In this document: positions 1 through 9,028 of the stretch, piece by piece
Layout of the letters: each line of letters begins with the position of its first letter
Numbering within the stretch: the stretch's first letter is position 1
NCBI GenBank assembly: GCA_020632445.1
Contig: JACKFN010000002.1
Location: 36,387 to 100,386 of the forward strand
Direction of reading: 5' to 3'
Source: Candidatus Nomurabacteria bacterium
GTDB taxonomy: Bacteria; Patescibacteriota; Patescibacteriia; Magasanikbacterales; UBA922
Length of the DNA stretch: 64,000 bases
Program-made: the position numbers and the translations under genes
Notes under the pieces: generated by a model
What the model was told of the DNA's origin: nothing
What the model saw: the letters and a program-made list of their open reading frames with translations, nothing else
Databases searched by the model: none

Positions 1-385
1 CTGACCCAACAAAGCACGTTGCCTCGATATTATTCCCATCAGGATCAAAGACAAACGCACCATAATACTGATTTCCATATTCTGGACGCACACCCGGTGC
101 TCCATTATCAACTCCACCAGCTGCGATCGCAGCTTCATAAAATGCCTGTACCATTTGGGTGTCTTTGGCTGCAAAGGCAACATGTGCAACGCTTATAGTC
201 TTGAGGTTTCCTTCTTCAAATACCCACAAATGTCCTGAATTTTCCCCTGCATGATCCTTTCCAAACCCAGCTGCGCCGTCGAAATCCCCCTCAAAACGCT
301 TATACCCAAGCGGAGCAAGTGCTTTGGTATAAAACTCAATACTTTTTTCGATGTTTGATACTCGAAAAGATACGTGATCAATCAT
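1..385 (-). CDS. VOC/glyoxalase-family protein (3' end cut by window edge)
   Basis: Reverse-strand translation from ATG at 385 gives MIDHVSFRVSNIEKSIEFYTKALAPLGY..., a typical glyoxalase/bleomycin-resistance fold N-terminus; frame open to position 1. Confidence 0.6.
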   Translation of the reverse strand, partial: MIDHVSFRVSNIEKSIEFYTKALAPLGYKRFEGDFDGAAGFGKDHAGENSGHLWVFEEGNLKTISVAHVAFAAKDTQMVQAFYEAAIAAGGVDNGAPGVRPEYGNQYYGAFVFDPDGNNIEATCFVGS

Positions 386-461
386 ATATTTATATGAAGG
401 TTACCCCTTACAAATAGGAAAGCAAAATAGACCTTCCAAAGAACAAGCACACCGTTGGGGT

Positions 462-839
462 TTATTCTTTCGTCCTATTATTTACCCCAAGTGGCCAACC
501 ATCAATAGGAGCACTCAAAAGCGCCACTCCTATCATAGCAAGCGCGGCGTCGCGTACTCCAATGGCTCCACCAGTTTCTATGGCGATACCAAATAGGTGC
601 AACGCCAAAACTGCCACCACAGGCCTCTGCCAAATGCCAAGTGCCAACAGCAGCGCAAGTACATACTCAAACCAACCATTCAGTTGTATCAGCATTTCAG
701 GAGGAATCGGAAAGTATCCAGTCCACTCTGGTAAAAAAACGGTCCACATTTCTGGATGCAAAAGCTGCTGTGTAGCAAACCATACAAACAAGAGCACCCA
801 GGTATATCGCAAAATTCGAAGGGTTCGAATATATTTCAT
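462..839 (-). CDS. small multi-pass membrane protein, DoxX-like
   Basis: 125 aa, 3-4 hydrophobic helices; weak resemblance to DoxX family. Confidence 0.4.
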   Translation of the reverse strand: MKYIRTLRILRYTWVLLFVWFATQQLLHPEMWTVFLPEWTGYFPIPPEMLIQLNGWFEYVLALLLALGIWQRPVVAVLALHLFGIAIETGGAIGVRDAALAMIGVALLSAPIDGWPLGVNNRTKE

Positions 840-843
840 AAAA

Positions 844-1329
844 TTATTGACTCAATTGTCCAATTTTCAGAAGGACGAGCGTGCTCTGGGCCGCCTTGGA
901 TTTCCCATGTTGCTTGTTAAATTTATCTGAAGCATCTGTTCCACAAAGCTGCTCAATGGCTCGAGAACCTCCTGGATGCCGAGATATCCACGATGACAGA
1001 TCGTATACTGATCCATTGATAGTGGCCCAACAGTCTTGAGAAGTACTATGTGTTTGGACCTGAGAAAGGCTAAAAGAAAGCTGTGCGGTGACATCCATTT
1101 GGTTTCCTACTTCTGCAGCCGCAGTATCACCTGATGTCGCTTTTCCTTCTCCATGATCATCATGTTCCATTTCGTCCTCATCGAGGTTCGCATCGGAATC
1201 CACTTGATCGCTGTTTTTTTCATACACGTCGCGAAGCTGAACCACAGGTCTTGCTTGGTACACAATATATCCAGCACCAATTGCAAAAATAACCATAATA
1301 GCTAAACCAATTTTTGTTTCTTTCGTCAT
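844..1329 (-). CDS. membrane-anchored cytochrome b5-like heme-binding domain protein
   Basis: N-terminal TM helix, acidic linker, C-terminal VYDLSSWISRHPGGSRAI (HPGG heme-binding motif of cytochrome b5 family). Confidence 0.55.
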   Translation of the reverse strand: MTKETKIGLAIMVIFAIGAGYIVYQARPVVQLRDVYEKNSDQVDSDANLDEDEMEHDDHGEGKATSGDTAAAEVGNQMDVTAQLSFSLSQVQTHSTSQDCWATINGSVYDLSSWISRHPGGSRAIEQLCGTDASDKFNKQHGKSKAAQSTLVLLKIGQLSQ

Positions 1330-1403
1330 AGAGATAATTATTTGTAAGACCGCTTCCAGGTAGTACGCATGATACCAAAAAATCTTTCATTGTGCACCTT
1401 CTG

Positions 1404-1826
1404 TCACTCACTCGTGACTCCATCAAAATGTTCTTCTTCGTCATCAGCCTTGGTTGCATGTACCACTCCATCCTTGTGTTCAGGTGGAGAGTACACAGAG
1501 TATAGCTTGAGTTCTTGATTGCCTATGTTAATAACGTTATGCTTAGTACCTGCGGGAATAACAATAGCATAATCGTCTTCCACCGTATGCTCTACACCAT
1601 CGAGAATGACGAGCGCACGGCCCTGTTCAATCCGGATGAATTGATCCAGATGATGTATTTCAAGGCCAATTTGATCTCCGGGCTGCAAATTCATCAAAAC
1701 CAGTTGGCTATTTTTAGCTGTATAGAGCACGCGCTGATAGTCCGTGTTGGTGAGTGTCTCCTTTTCTATATTGGTAATATATCCCTTCATAGCTTTACAG
1801 TTATTCATTTCATAGTACCACTTCAC
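1404..1826 (-). CDS. cupin-domain protein
   Basis: 140 aa with two-His/Glu cupin-like beta-barrel motif region (LEIHHLDQFIRIEQG...VIPAGTKH). Confidence 0.5.
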   Translation of the reverse strand: MKWYYEMNNCKAMKGYITNIEKETLTNTDYQRVLYTAKNSQLVLMNLQPGDQIGLEIHHLDQFIRIEQGRALVILDGVEHTVEDDYAIVIPAGTKHNVINIGNQELKLYSVYSPPEHKDGVVHATKADDEEEHFDGVTSE

Positions 1827-1835
1827 TGGTATTTG

Positions 1836-2585
1836 TCAAAAAAAGAACAACTTTGCGGCAGAAATCAAAATAAGCACCAAAAAAAATACCTTCACCACAG
1901 CATTCCCTTTTTTTACAGCAATATGTGCGCCAACATAACTTCCGACAATACTGGCAAGGAAAAAGGCAATTCCAATAGAATAATCTACAAGCCCACTCAG
2001 TGCATAGGAAAAAAAGGCTGATATATTCAAAAAAAGAAGCGGGAACCTCCTGGTTGCATTTGCCTGAATCAAGGTATATCCAAAAAAGCTCACCAAAGTA
2101 TAACTGACCAAAAGTCCCACTCCACCAAAGCCTGCTTGCACGACCGCGATTATAAAATAGGCAACAAACCCAAGATTATTCGTGCTACGAGACTTTAAAT
2201 GCGGTATATGTTCTAGACCCCATTTTGGCCTGACAAGTACAAGTGGTAAAAGCAAAAGTATCAACACTCCAAAAATTTTGGAAGCCAAATCGCTATCGAC
2301 ATGTATGAGCAACCTTGACCCCAAAAATGCAGCTACCAAACTCAAAATAACAAAAGTAGGGATATGCTTCCAGACGATTCTCTTTTCTTTGTGAAACTTA
2401 TACACTCCCGAAATACCTCCAAAACTCGCCATTTTACCACTTGCGATGGCTATGCGTGGGTCAATTCCCAAAAAAATCACCACGGGGGTATAGATAAGTG
2501 CTGCCCCTCCCCCGGATATTTGCCCAATGATAAAAGCACAGAGGGAAACAAAAAAAACAACAACTTCTATCGGGATATGAGACAT
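1836..2585 (-). CDS. TauE/SafE-family anion (sulfite) exporter
   Basis: 249 aa, ~8 TM helices, Gly-rich motifs typical of TauE/SafE (DUF81). Confidence 0.65.
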   Translation of the reverse strand: MSHIPIEVVVFFVSLCAFIIGQISGGGAALIYTPVVIFLGIDPRIAIASGKMASFGGISGVYKFHKEKRIVWKHIPTFVILSLVAAFLGSRLLIHVDSDLASKIFGVLILLLLPLVLVRPKWGLEHIPHLKSRSTNNLGFVAYFIIAVVQAGFGGVGLLVSYTLVSFFGYTLIQANATRRFPLLFLNISAFFSYALSGLVDYSIGIAFFLASIVGSYVGAHIAVKKGNAVVKVFFLVLILISAAKLFFF

Positions 2586-3090
2586 ATGGATACTTACTTT
2601 TTGAGTGGCCGCCCTAACTCAGACACATAACCACGACACAGTAACATAATCGCCACAAAAACAGCACGAGCAATGTAAATGGTCGACAAGTATGTCAGCA
2701 TGAGCACATTATACGGTAGCAAACCAAAGATGGCAAAATTCATCAAATAAATGCAAAATGTGCATTTTTGAGTATATCTGGACCAATTTCAACGTAAACT
2801 CTACTGAACATCTATTAATAAGACACATTGCAAAGCGATATCCGCCCCATTTCCATCTTCACCACTTACCCGCAAAAAAGCCTCTTTTAACCTTTGGTGT
2901 TATCATTTTCTCCTCTGATCGAGCCAAGGTTGTGCTTCTGTACCTTCGCGTACCTCTTTTGTCTTATCTTCAGAAAGTAGGTATGCTACGCGAGAGATAC
3001 CAAAAGAAAGATTAGAATTCTCACTGACACCGACTAGGTATTATGATCCTTTCCTTTCAATATGTATAACGATAGCATAACAAAAAAAAC

Positions 3091-3669
3091 TCATTTCACC
3101 CTATAAATGTAAAAGTAAGACTGGATCTTTCCTTTGCATCGAAGAGGGAGTATCTCACTTGGCTCTACTGCATCAATTTTGTGACCAAGCAATATCATAA
3201 CGGTTCCTGATTTACATTCTTCCTGCATTTTCTTCCAAAGTTGCTCGACCACTACAGGAACAAGGAAAACATAACAAACGTCCATTTTACTTAAGTCTTC
3301 CTCTAGAAAATCTTTTCTCAAAAATCGAACTTTTGACTTGATTGCATACGCTTTCAACTTGGATGCGTAGATATGAACTGGCGAAAGTTCATATGCATAG
3401 ACCTCTTTCACCCCAATGTGTTCTGCGGCAAATGCCATATGCCCCCACCCACTTCCAAGTTCTGCAAAAATAGTATTTTGATCCAACAACTTCGAACCGA
3501 ATTCATTTTTAAAAGTTTGTACATATTGCTTTGGTGTGATGACCATCGGAACTCTTGTTCGTATATAGAGCAAAAGATAATACAATAGAAAAAATACACC
3601 CAGTACGATGCCTACAAGAATATATTTACTCTCGAGAAACTCTCCCATGGGTGATATATTGCAAAGCAA
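3091..3669 (-). CDS. class I SAM-dependent methyltransferase with N-terminal TM anchor
   Basis: Motif-I-like ELGSGWGHMAF followed by acidic motif II region; 192 aa. Confidence 0.45.
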   Translation of the reverse strand: MLCNISPMGEFLESKYILVGIVLGVFFLLYYLLLYIRTRVPMVITPKQYVQTFKNEFGSKLLDQNTIFAELGSGWGHMAFAAEHIGVKEVYAYELSPVHIYASKLKAYAIKSKVRFLRKDFLEEDLSKMDVCYVFLVPVVVEQLWKKMQEECKSGTVMILLGHKIDAVEPSEILPLRCKGKIQSYFYIYRVK

Positions 3670-3670
3670 A

Positions 3671-5014
3671 TTAAGCCTCCGTTTTTGTATTCAAATTGTG
3701 TTGTTGAAAAAGAGCTCTCGACATATAACATACACCAAACAAAATACTTACAAGGTATACGGTATCCGAAAACTCCGGTACACCACTTACCAAGCTCGTG
3801 TAAGAAACCGTGAGGTCAAGTAACTCTGGTGTTAATGTATCATCTAAAGTTTCAAAATATGCTTTGTATTGAAAATACTGGTTATCCTCCAGGTTTGTCA
3901 ATGTCTTGCTAGGGAAACCAGTTTGTGGTGAAGTGAGCTCCGAGTAATATGTCGCACCCGTTCCGTCTGGTCCAATAAACGACTCTCCACTACAAGCATC
4001 ATCGTCACAAGAACGCACCTGATAGAGTAATCTAAGTGCGCCACGTTTATATAGAGCACTCACATCGGTAGCTGATAAAGAACCTTCCCATATCGTAAAT
4101 TCATCTATTTTCCCATCAAACCACTGAGATGCCCCAGCTCTTCCACCAACCTGTAGTGCATCATTCGCATCAAATCCCCAACCTGCTCCTGCCGTGACAG
4201 ATACGAGTGAGCCATTTACATAATTTGTTATAGCTGGAGTACTTTCGTCATACACGGAAACAAGATGGTACCATACTCCTGTTGAAAAATTTCCAAAACC
4301 TGCTTTTATTTCAGTACCATCATTAAAAAACGAAACTAGGTTACCGTTTGTTTCAAAGGCAATTCCATAACCTAACGCATGACTACTTTTATTTTTTGTG
4401 AAAACCCTCTCAGCTGACCCTTTTGAATTTATGTATATCCACAAGCTGACAGTTTTATCAGTGTTGATGCCAAGTGTAGTAATAGTCCCTGCATTTACAT
4501 AGTCACCACCACCATCAAAACTCCCTGCCCTATCTATCCTTCCACTTGCATTGGTGTCAGCATTGCCAACCCTCACTCCATGATTTTCATCTCCTGAGCC
4601 ATCTAGGACCTCGTCGGCGGTTCCATCCCATGAAGACTCATCCATATGATATGAAACCAATATTCCAGAAGCATCTATATTGCCATTTGCATAAACACTT
4701 TCAGTTGCGCCATTGTCTGGTACATTCTTAAAGTATGGGAAATTAGGTGTCCAACTCAAACCACTCCAAGCAGCACTACCACCTGCATCAATCACTCTGG
4801 AAGTAAAATTTCCAGAACCATTTGTCATTCCTGTGGAATCAAGCTGTACTTGATTACTTACACATTCGGTATCAGAATTGCTCCCCGAACCAAATTCACC
4901 AACATCACAGCTAGTGTCAGAGACAGTGCTTGCATATACTAAAATGGGATATCCAATAAGTAGCAAAATAGCAAATACAGCAGCTAATTTTCGCAATGAC
5001 TCGAAAAATATCAT
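3671..5014 (-). CDS. secreted concanavalin A-like/LamG-domain protein
   Basis: N-terminal signal/TM, Gly/Ser/Thr/Asp-rich 447 aa with LamG-like jelly-roll signatures; typical CPR surface protein. Confidence 0.45.
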   Translation of the reverse strand: MIFFESLRKLAAVFAILLLIGYPILVYASTVSDTSCDVGEFGSGSNSDTECVSNQVQLDSTGMTNGSGNFTSRVIDAGGSAAWSGLSWTPNFPYFKNVPDNGATESVYANGNIDASGILVSYHMDESSWDGTADEVLDGSGDENHGVRVGNADTNASGRIDRAGSFDGGGDYVNAGTITTLGINTDKTVSLWIYINSKGSAERVFTKNKSSHALGYGIAFETNGNLVSFFNDGTEIKAGFGNFSTGVWYHLVSVYDESTPAITNYVNGSLVSVTAGAGWGFDANDALQVGGRAGASQWFDGKIDEFTIWEGSLSATDVSALYKRGALRLLYQVRSCDDDACSGESFIGPDGTGATYYSELTSPQTGFPSKTLTNLEDNQYFQYKAYFETLDDTLTPELLDLTVSYTSLVSGVPEFSDTVYLVSILFGVCYMSRALFQQHNLNTKTEA

Positions 5015-5162
5015 AATATTAATACAAATTATACTCCTTTCGCCTACTCATATCAAATTTTTTAACAAAAAACATATTCTATAGATATCTTCTTAACCAA
5101 ATATAGAAAATAGGGAAATTGCTAAGAATATCTATGACAGAAAGTTTAAAGACTTAAAGCAA

Positions 5163-5387
5163 ATGCAACAAGAAATTAAAATCCAACTTGAACGGCACAC
5201 AGTTGCAGACGAAAATTTCAGTTTAAGCGCAGCTCAGCTACTTTCTGTAGCTCAAAGGGCTGCAGAAATATTCGAAAGTTCTGAAATTGAAGAAAAGCGC
5301 CAATTACTGAATTTCGTATTTCAGAACTTTAAACTAAAAGAAAAAAAGCTCTTATTTGAGCTTAAAAACCCGTTTCAAGACTCGTAG
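5163..5387 (+). pseudogene. C-terminal remnant of a large serine recombinase (integrase fragment)
   Basis: 74-aa ORF ...AEIFESSEIEEKRQLLNFVFQNFKLKEKKLLFELKNPF matches the conserved C-terminal tail of large serine recombinases; no catalytic domain present; lies 24 nt from tRNA-Asn. Confidence 0.4.
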
Positions 5388-5410
5388 AGTACAAGAAACG
5401 TCCAGTATTG

Positions 5411-5482
5411 CTCCCAGACCTGGATTCGAACCAGGGACATCAGCGTTAACAGCGCTGCGTTCTACCACTGAACTATCTGGGA
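5411..5482 (-). tRNA. tRNA-Asn(GTT)
   Basis: Cloverleaf by hand: acceptor TCCCAGA/TCTGGGA, D-stem GTTC/GAAC, anticodon stem CAGCG/CGCTG, loop CTGTTAA (anticodon GTT), T-arm CCTGG-TTCGAAT-CCAGG; CCA not encoded. Confidence 0.85.
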
Positions 5483-5486
5483 ATGA

Positions 5487-5516
5487 AAAACTCCGACCAT
5501 GTCGGAGCTTGTTTTT
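5487..5516. terminator. bidirectional hairpin (CTCCGAC-catg-GTCGGAG) flanked by A/T runs
   Basis: aaaaactccgaccatgtcggagcttgtttttt. Confidence 0.5.
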
Positions 5517-5685
5517 TCTGTCAAAAACTCACACCGACTATCGGAGCGTATTATTGCGATTATTATTTGCCAATGTGTAAGTCATAGTGAGTTTACTATA
5601 CCATCGATTGGCAAATACGTCAATACCTTGACAAAAAGCCCAAATCATGATATAGTTTTCCGTCAACCATCCCAAGGAGTATCCC

Positions 5686-5922
5686 ATGCACGTCGTGCTT
5701 TTCATCGTTGTCTGCCTCATCTTCTGGGGCATCTTCCGTCTGGTACTGTGGGTTATCGGCGGAGGTCTGCGCCTGACCAACTGGGCCGTGAGGAACCAGT
5801 GGGAGCGCCTCGAGCGAAACGACCCGGCGACCGCGGACAACGTCCGCAACTTCACCGCCAAAGCCATCCTCGTCATCGTAGGCATTCTCCTCTTCCTCAC
5901 CCTCATCGACATACTCACCTAG
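5686..5922 (+). CDS. small two-TM membrane protein (high-GC, foreign)
   Basis: 78 aa, GC3 very high, AAGGAG SD 7 nt upstream, followed by terminator 5985..6010. Confidence 0.45.
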   Translation: MHVVLFIVVCLIFWGIFRLVLWVIGGGLRLTNWAVRNQWERLERNDPATADNVRNFTAKAILVIVGILLFLTLIDILT

Positions 5923-5984
5923 CTCACCTGCGCGCAGTCCCCACGCTACGCTCTCCCGCAAGATTTTCAAATTTTTACGAGAGC

Positions 5985-6010
5985 AAAAAAGAGCCGTTTG
6001 GCTCTTTTTT
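5985..6010 (+). terminator. rho-independent terminator
   Basis: aaaaaagagcc-gttt-ggctctttttt. Confidence 0.6.
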
Positions 6011-6078
6011 GATTCTCTCTTGACCAGAATAGAAAAGAAAGTTAAAATGCGGATGGATTCAACCACAGGAGACCAGTC

Positions 6079-6894
6079 ATGGTCCAGCGTAACTTTGGGA
6101 ATGCTGCAGGTGAGCTTCTCGCTCACCACATCACCACCATCGCCATGCCAGGCAGGAAGGATGTGCTGGTCGATCAGATCATGCGACTCCTCCCGCGCAT
6201 CTTCAAACGTGTCCCGCAGGACGCGAGCTGGGGGTTCGACACCCACACGCGAGGAGATCCCGATCTAGGCTTTGTCTGGAAACGGGGCACGGCGCGAAGC
6301 GGTGACACCCGGGAAGACATCAAGCTCTACTTGCACTGGAACCCTGCTCTACCGGGGCTCTTCCGGGGGCGGAGCATCACAGGACGTGACCTCGAGCTTC
6401 TGATGCAGCTGTGCGAGGAACTGTTCTACCTCACGCTCACGCAAGCGATCAGGCTGGCCCAGGACATCGATTCTCTCATACCAGGCATCAAGCTCACCAC
6501 GAAGATCCGGTCGCCCGAAGGCACACAGGCCAACGGGGCAAACGACCACGTGCTTCGCATTCTGATCTACCAGCAGGTCCATCCAGACCTCGCTGGCCAG
6601 ATCGGCCAGGAACACGATGACCGCGACGGCCTCACGCTCGCCCTGCACGAGAGCAGCCCTGGACTCGAGTACCTTTCGCCGAGCGACGGCCAGTGGCGTC
6701 CAGCTTCATCTGATCCTGGTCAAGCGCTGGTATTTCCGGGCCTGAAGATGGGAGAGCTCACGGATGGGGACCTCCCCGCGCTCAGGCACCGAGTCATGGA
6801 CTCAACCGCATCCTTGAATCCAAGGATCAAGCGCGTGAGCATCGTCATGTTCATACATCCGTACAACGGCTACTGCAGACTACGAACCCACTAA
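6079..6894 (+). CDS. 2-oxoglutarate/Fe(II)-dependent oxygenase (IPNS-like superfamily), high-GC
   Basis: H-x-D in EHDDRDGLTLALHE (HxD followed by TLxL), distal His and RxS in LPALRHRVM...RVSIVMFIHP; GC ~62%, GC3 strongly biased. Confidence 0.6.
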   Translation: MVQRNFGNAAGELLAHHITTIAMPGRKDVLVDQIMRLLPRIFKRVPQDASWGFDTHTRGDPDLGFVWKRGTARSGDTREDIKLYLHWNPALPGLFRGRSITGRDLELLMQLCEELFYLTLTQAIRLAQDIDSLIPGIKLTTKIRSPEGTQANGANDHVLRILIYQQVHPDLAGQIGQEHDDRDGLTLALHESSPGLEYLSPSDGQWRPASSDPGQALVFPGLKMGELTDGDLPALRHRVMDSTASLNPRIKRVSIVMFIHPYNGYCRLRTH

Positions 6895-6898
6895 AAAC

Positions 6899-7672
6899 CT
6901 ACCCACCTTCCCCAAAAACCCTCAAGGCCTTTGACCAATCAGCTATTTCTTTTTCGTTGTGATAGAGAGTAAACTCATATACTAACTGGTGCAACTCATG
7001 CGCTATTTTTTTATCAAAATTTCCCATATCAAAAGCAGAAAAACCTTTTTCCAAAAAGAGTTCTAGTAAAAATAGCTGTGGTTTATTGATAGCTACCACG
7101 TGTTCACCAATTTTCTTTTTCATCTCGAATTCCTTTGGGCAAATAATTCCGCCTCCCTGAAAATAGAAACCAAAGGGTTTTTCTTTTTCAAAATCCTTTA
7201 AAAGCATTTCAGTCAGAGTACATCTATCCGTCACTGGCTCAAAACCAAATAAACACATGAGCTTGAGAAAAAAAACATCCATTGAAAACATCAGTGAGGG
7301 CCTATTCTGCGAGTTTTCAAGGTGTGTTAAAAAAAGATAGGTCAGGTCAAAGATACGTTCATCCACCTGCCAAGATTGCAGCAACCTATATAAAGTATTC
7401 ATGACAAAAGCAGCAATGGCAGTCTTAAGCAAATCACTGCGAATATCTGAAAAATATTCGACGCCATATACCTTGATCAAATACTGAAATTCCTTTCCGG
7501 GCGTGGTTTCTATCCGTACGACAGAAAACGGCTCAAGTTGAGCCGTATTTTTACTGACAATTTTTTTGACACCGCGTGCAAGCAAATCAAGCCTCCCCTG
7601 CTCTCGTGTATATACCGCAATAATTTGATCGCTCTCTCGATAATCGCGGCGATGCAATACAATGGCGTGCAT
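6899..7672 (-). CDS. recO: DNA repair protein RecO
   Basis: 257 aa; N-terminal OB-fold region MHAIVLHRRDYRESDQIIAVYTREQGRL... characteristic of RecO. Confidence 0.7.
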   Translation of the reverse strand: MHAIVLHRRDYRESDQIIAVYTREQGRLDLLARGVKKIVSKNTAQLEPFSVVRIETTPGKEFQYLIKVYGVEYFSDIRSDLLKTAIAAFVMNTLYRLLQSWQVDERIFDLTYLFLTHLENSQNRPSLMFSMDVFFLKLMCLFGFEPVTDRCTLTEMLLKDFEKEKPFGFYFQGGGIICPKEFEMKKKIGEHVVAINKPQLFLLELFLEKGFSAFDMGNFDKKIAHELHQLVYEFTLYHNEKEIADWSKALRVFGEGG

Positions 7673-7674
7673 AC

Positions 7675-8055
7675 TTATCCCTTTTGTCCTAAATACGATT
7701 CCAAAATAATCATCGCAGACTTTTCATCGCGGCTCACATCACCCATGGTGTTATCTGCTTGCTGCGACGTGAATCTTTCATCTACGAATTCCACTTTCAC
7801 TCCGGATGTTTTTGAGAGATCCTTTCCAAACTCACGTATGGTAGCAGTATTTTTATTTTCTTCTCCATCAAGTCCGATAGGAAGTCCAACAACGACCAAA
7901 TCAATCCCTTCGCTCTTTATCATTTTATCCAATTCACTTATAACTTGAGCCTCATCATTTTTGACTACTCCGTAAGGAAGTATCAAATCGACCCCCGTTT
8001 GGCACCAAGCAAGCCCAATATTTTTACGTCCATAATCTATGGCAAGAATGTTCAT
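7675..8055 (-). CDS. ruvX: Holliday-junction resolvase-like YqgF/RuvX
   Basis: MNILAIDYGRKNIGLA...LVVVGLP motifs. Confidence 0.85.
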   Translation of the reverse strand: MNILAIDYGRKNIGLAWCQTGVDLILPYGVVKNDEAQVISELDKMIKSEGIDLVVVGLPIGLDGEENKNTATIREFGKDLSKTSGVKVEFVDERFTSQQADNTMGDVSRDEKSAMIILESYLGQKG

Positions 8056-8867
8056 ATGTTTTCACTCGGTCGTTTGGTCGCAATGACTGGTCCACTTTCT
8101 GTCACAACAACCGTATGCTCAAAATGTGCGCTCAGACTCCCATCAGCAGAAAAAATTCCCCAACCGTCCTCTCCTGTTACGACTTTGTAATCCCCCATAG
8201 TAATCATTGGCTCAATAGCAATGACCACACCAGGACGAAGCTCCCACATCTCAAGTTCTTCGTCATAATAGTTTGGAACACGTGGGTCTTCGTGTACTTC
8301 ATGCCCAACACCATGTCCCACAAGATCCCGTACAATGCCATACCCTTGTGGCTTTACATACTTTTCTATTTTCTTCCCAATATCGGCAATCTTGTTTCCC
8401 GGCTTTGCCTGCTCAATACCTAAATACATGGATTTACGTGTGACATTGAGGAGTTGCTTGATCTTTTCATCGATCTCCCCGACAGGAACCGTAATGGCCG
8501 TATCCGTAAAATATCCATTGCCATTTTTCCCTTCACCCGATTTAGCTGGCCACTGCATACCAATATCAATACTAAAAACATCCCCCTCTTTGAAGACCTT
8601 ATCCGCGGTGGCGATTCCATGAACAATTTCTTTGTTCAAACTCGCACAGATGGTAGATGGAAAGGGTGTAGCATGCTTATGTGGCTTATATCCCTTAAAT
8701 GCAGGGATTCCACCAGCCTCTTTGATCAACTTTTCTGCTTGGTCATCGATTTCCTTGGCATTTCTACCCGGTTCAACCATTTTTCCCAGTTTCTCCAAAA
8801 TCTCCCCCATAAGGGCTCCTCCTTCCAAAATCTTATCGATCTCAGATTGTTTTTTGGTATATGACAT
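8052..8867 (-). CDS. map: methionine aminopeptidase type I
   Basis: 271 aa; pita-bread fold motifs (HGIA, DIGMQW, GHGVGHEVHE). Confidence 0.9.
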   Translation of the reverse strand: MSYTKKQSEIDKILEGGALMGEILEKLGKMVEPGRNAKEIDDQAEKLIKEAGGIPAFKGYKPHKHATPFPSTICASLNKEIVHGIATADKVFKEGDVFSIDIGMQWPAKSGEGKNGNGYFTDTAITVPVGEIDEKIKQLLNVTRKSMYLGIEQAKPGNKIADIGKKIEKYVKPQGYGIVRDLVGHGVGHEVHEDPRVPNYYDEELEMWELRPGVVIAIEPMITMGDYKVVTGEDGWGIFSADGSLSAHFEHTVVVTESGPVIATKRPSENI

Positions 8868-8985
8868 GTAGTAAGTCTAAAATCTAAATTTTTTCCTTCC
8901 AAGGCCCACCCGTCCTGGTTGGAAAATGAAAAGCCAAAAATACCTGACTTTTGAGTAATATAGCATATTTATGAGAAATTTCAAG

Positions 8986-9014
8986 TAAAAAACGCCCTTA
9001 TTGGGCGTTTTTAT
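8986..9014 (-). terminator. rho-independent terminator (bidirectional shape)
   Basis: aaaaaacgccc-ttatt-gggcgttttt downstream of 9029..10927 gene. Confidence 0.6.
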
Positions 9015-9028
9015 GATTCTACAAGAAT

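Noticed and set aside
5356-5580. 74-aa plus-strand ORF
   Set aside because: Overlaps tRNA-Asn on the opposite strand and the terminator hairpin, so it is not coding.
5620-6648. Minus-strand ORFs (208 and 99 aa) within the first high-GC island
   Set aside because: They are antisense to the 2OG-oxygenase gene. The plus frame carries the catalytic motifs, the SD and the terminator.
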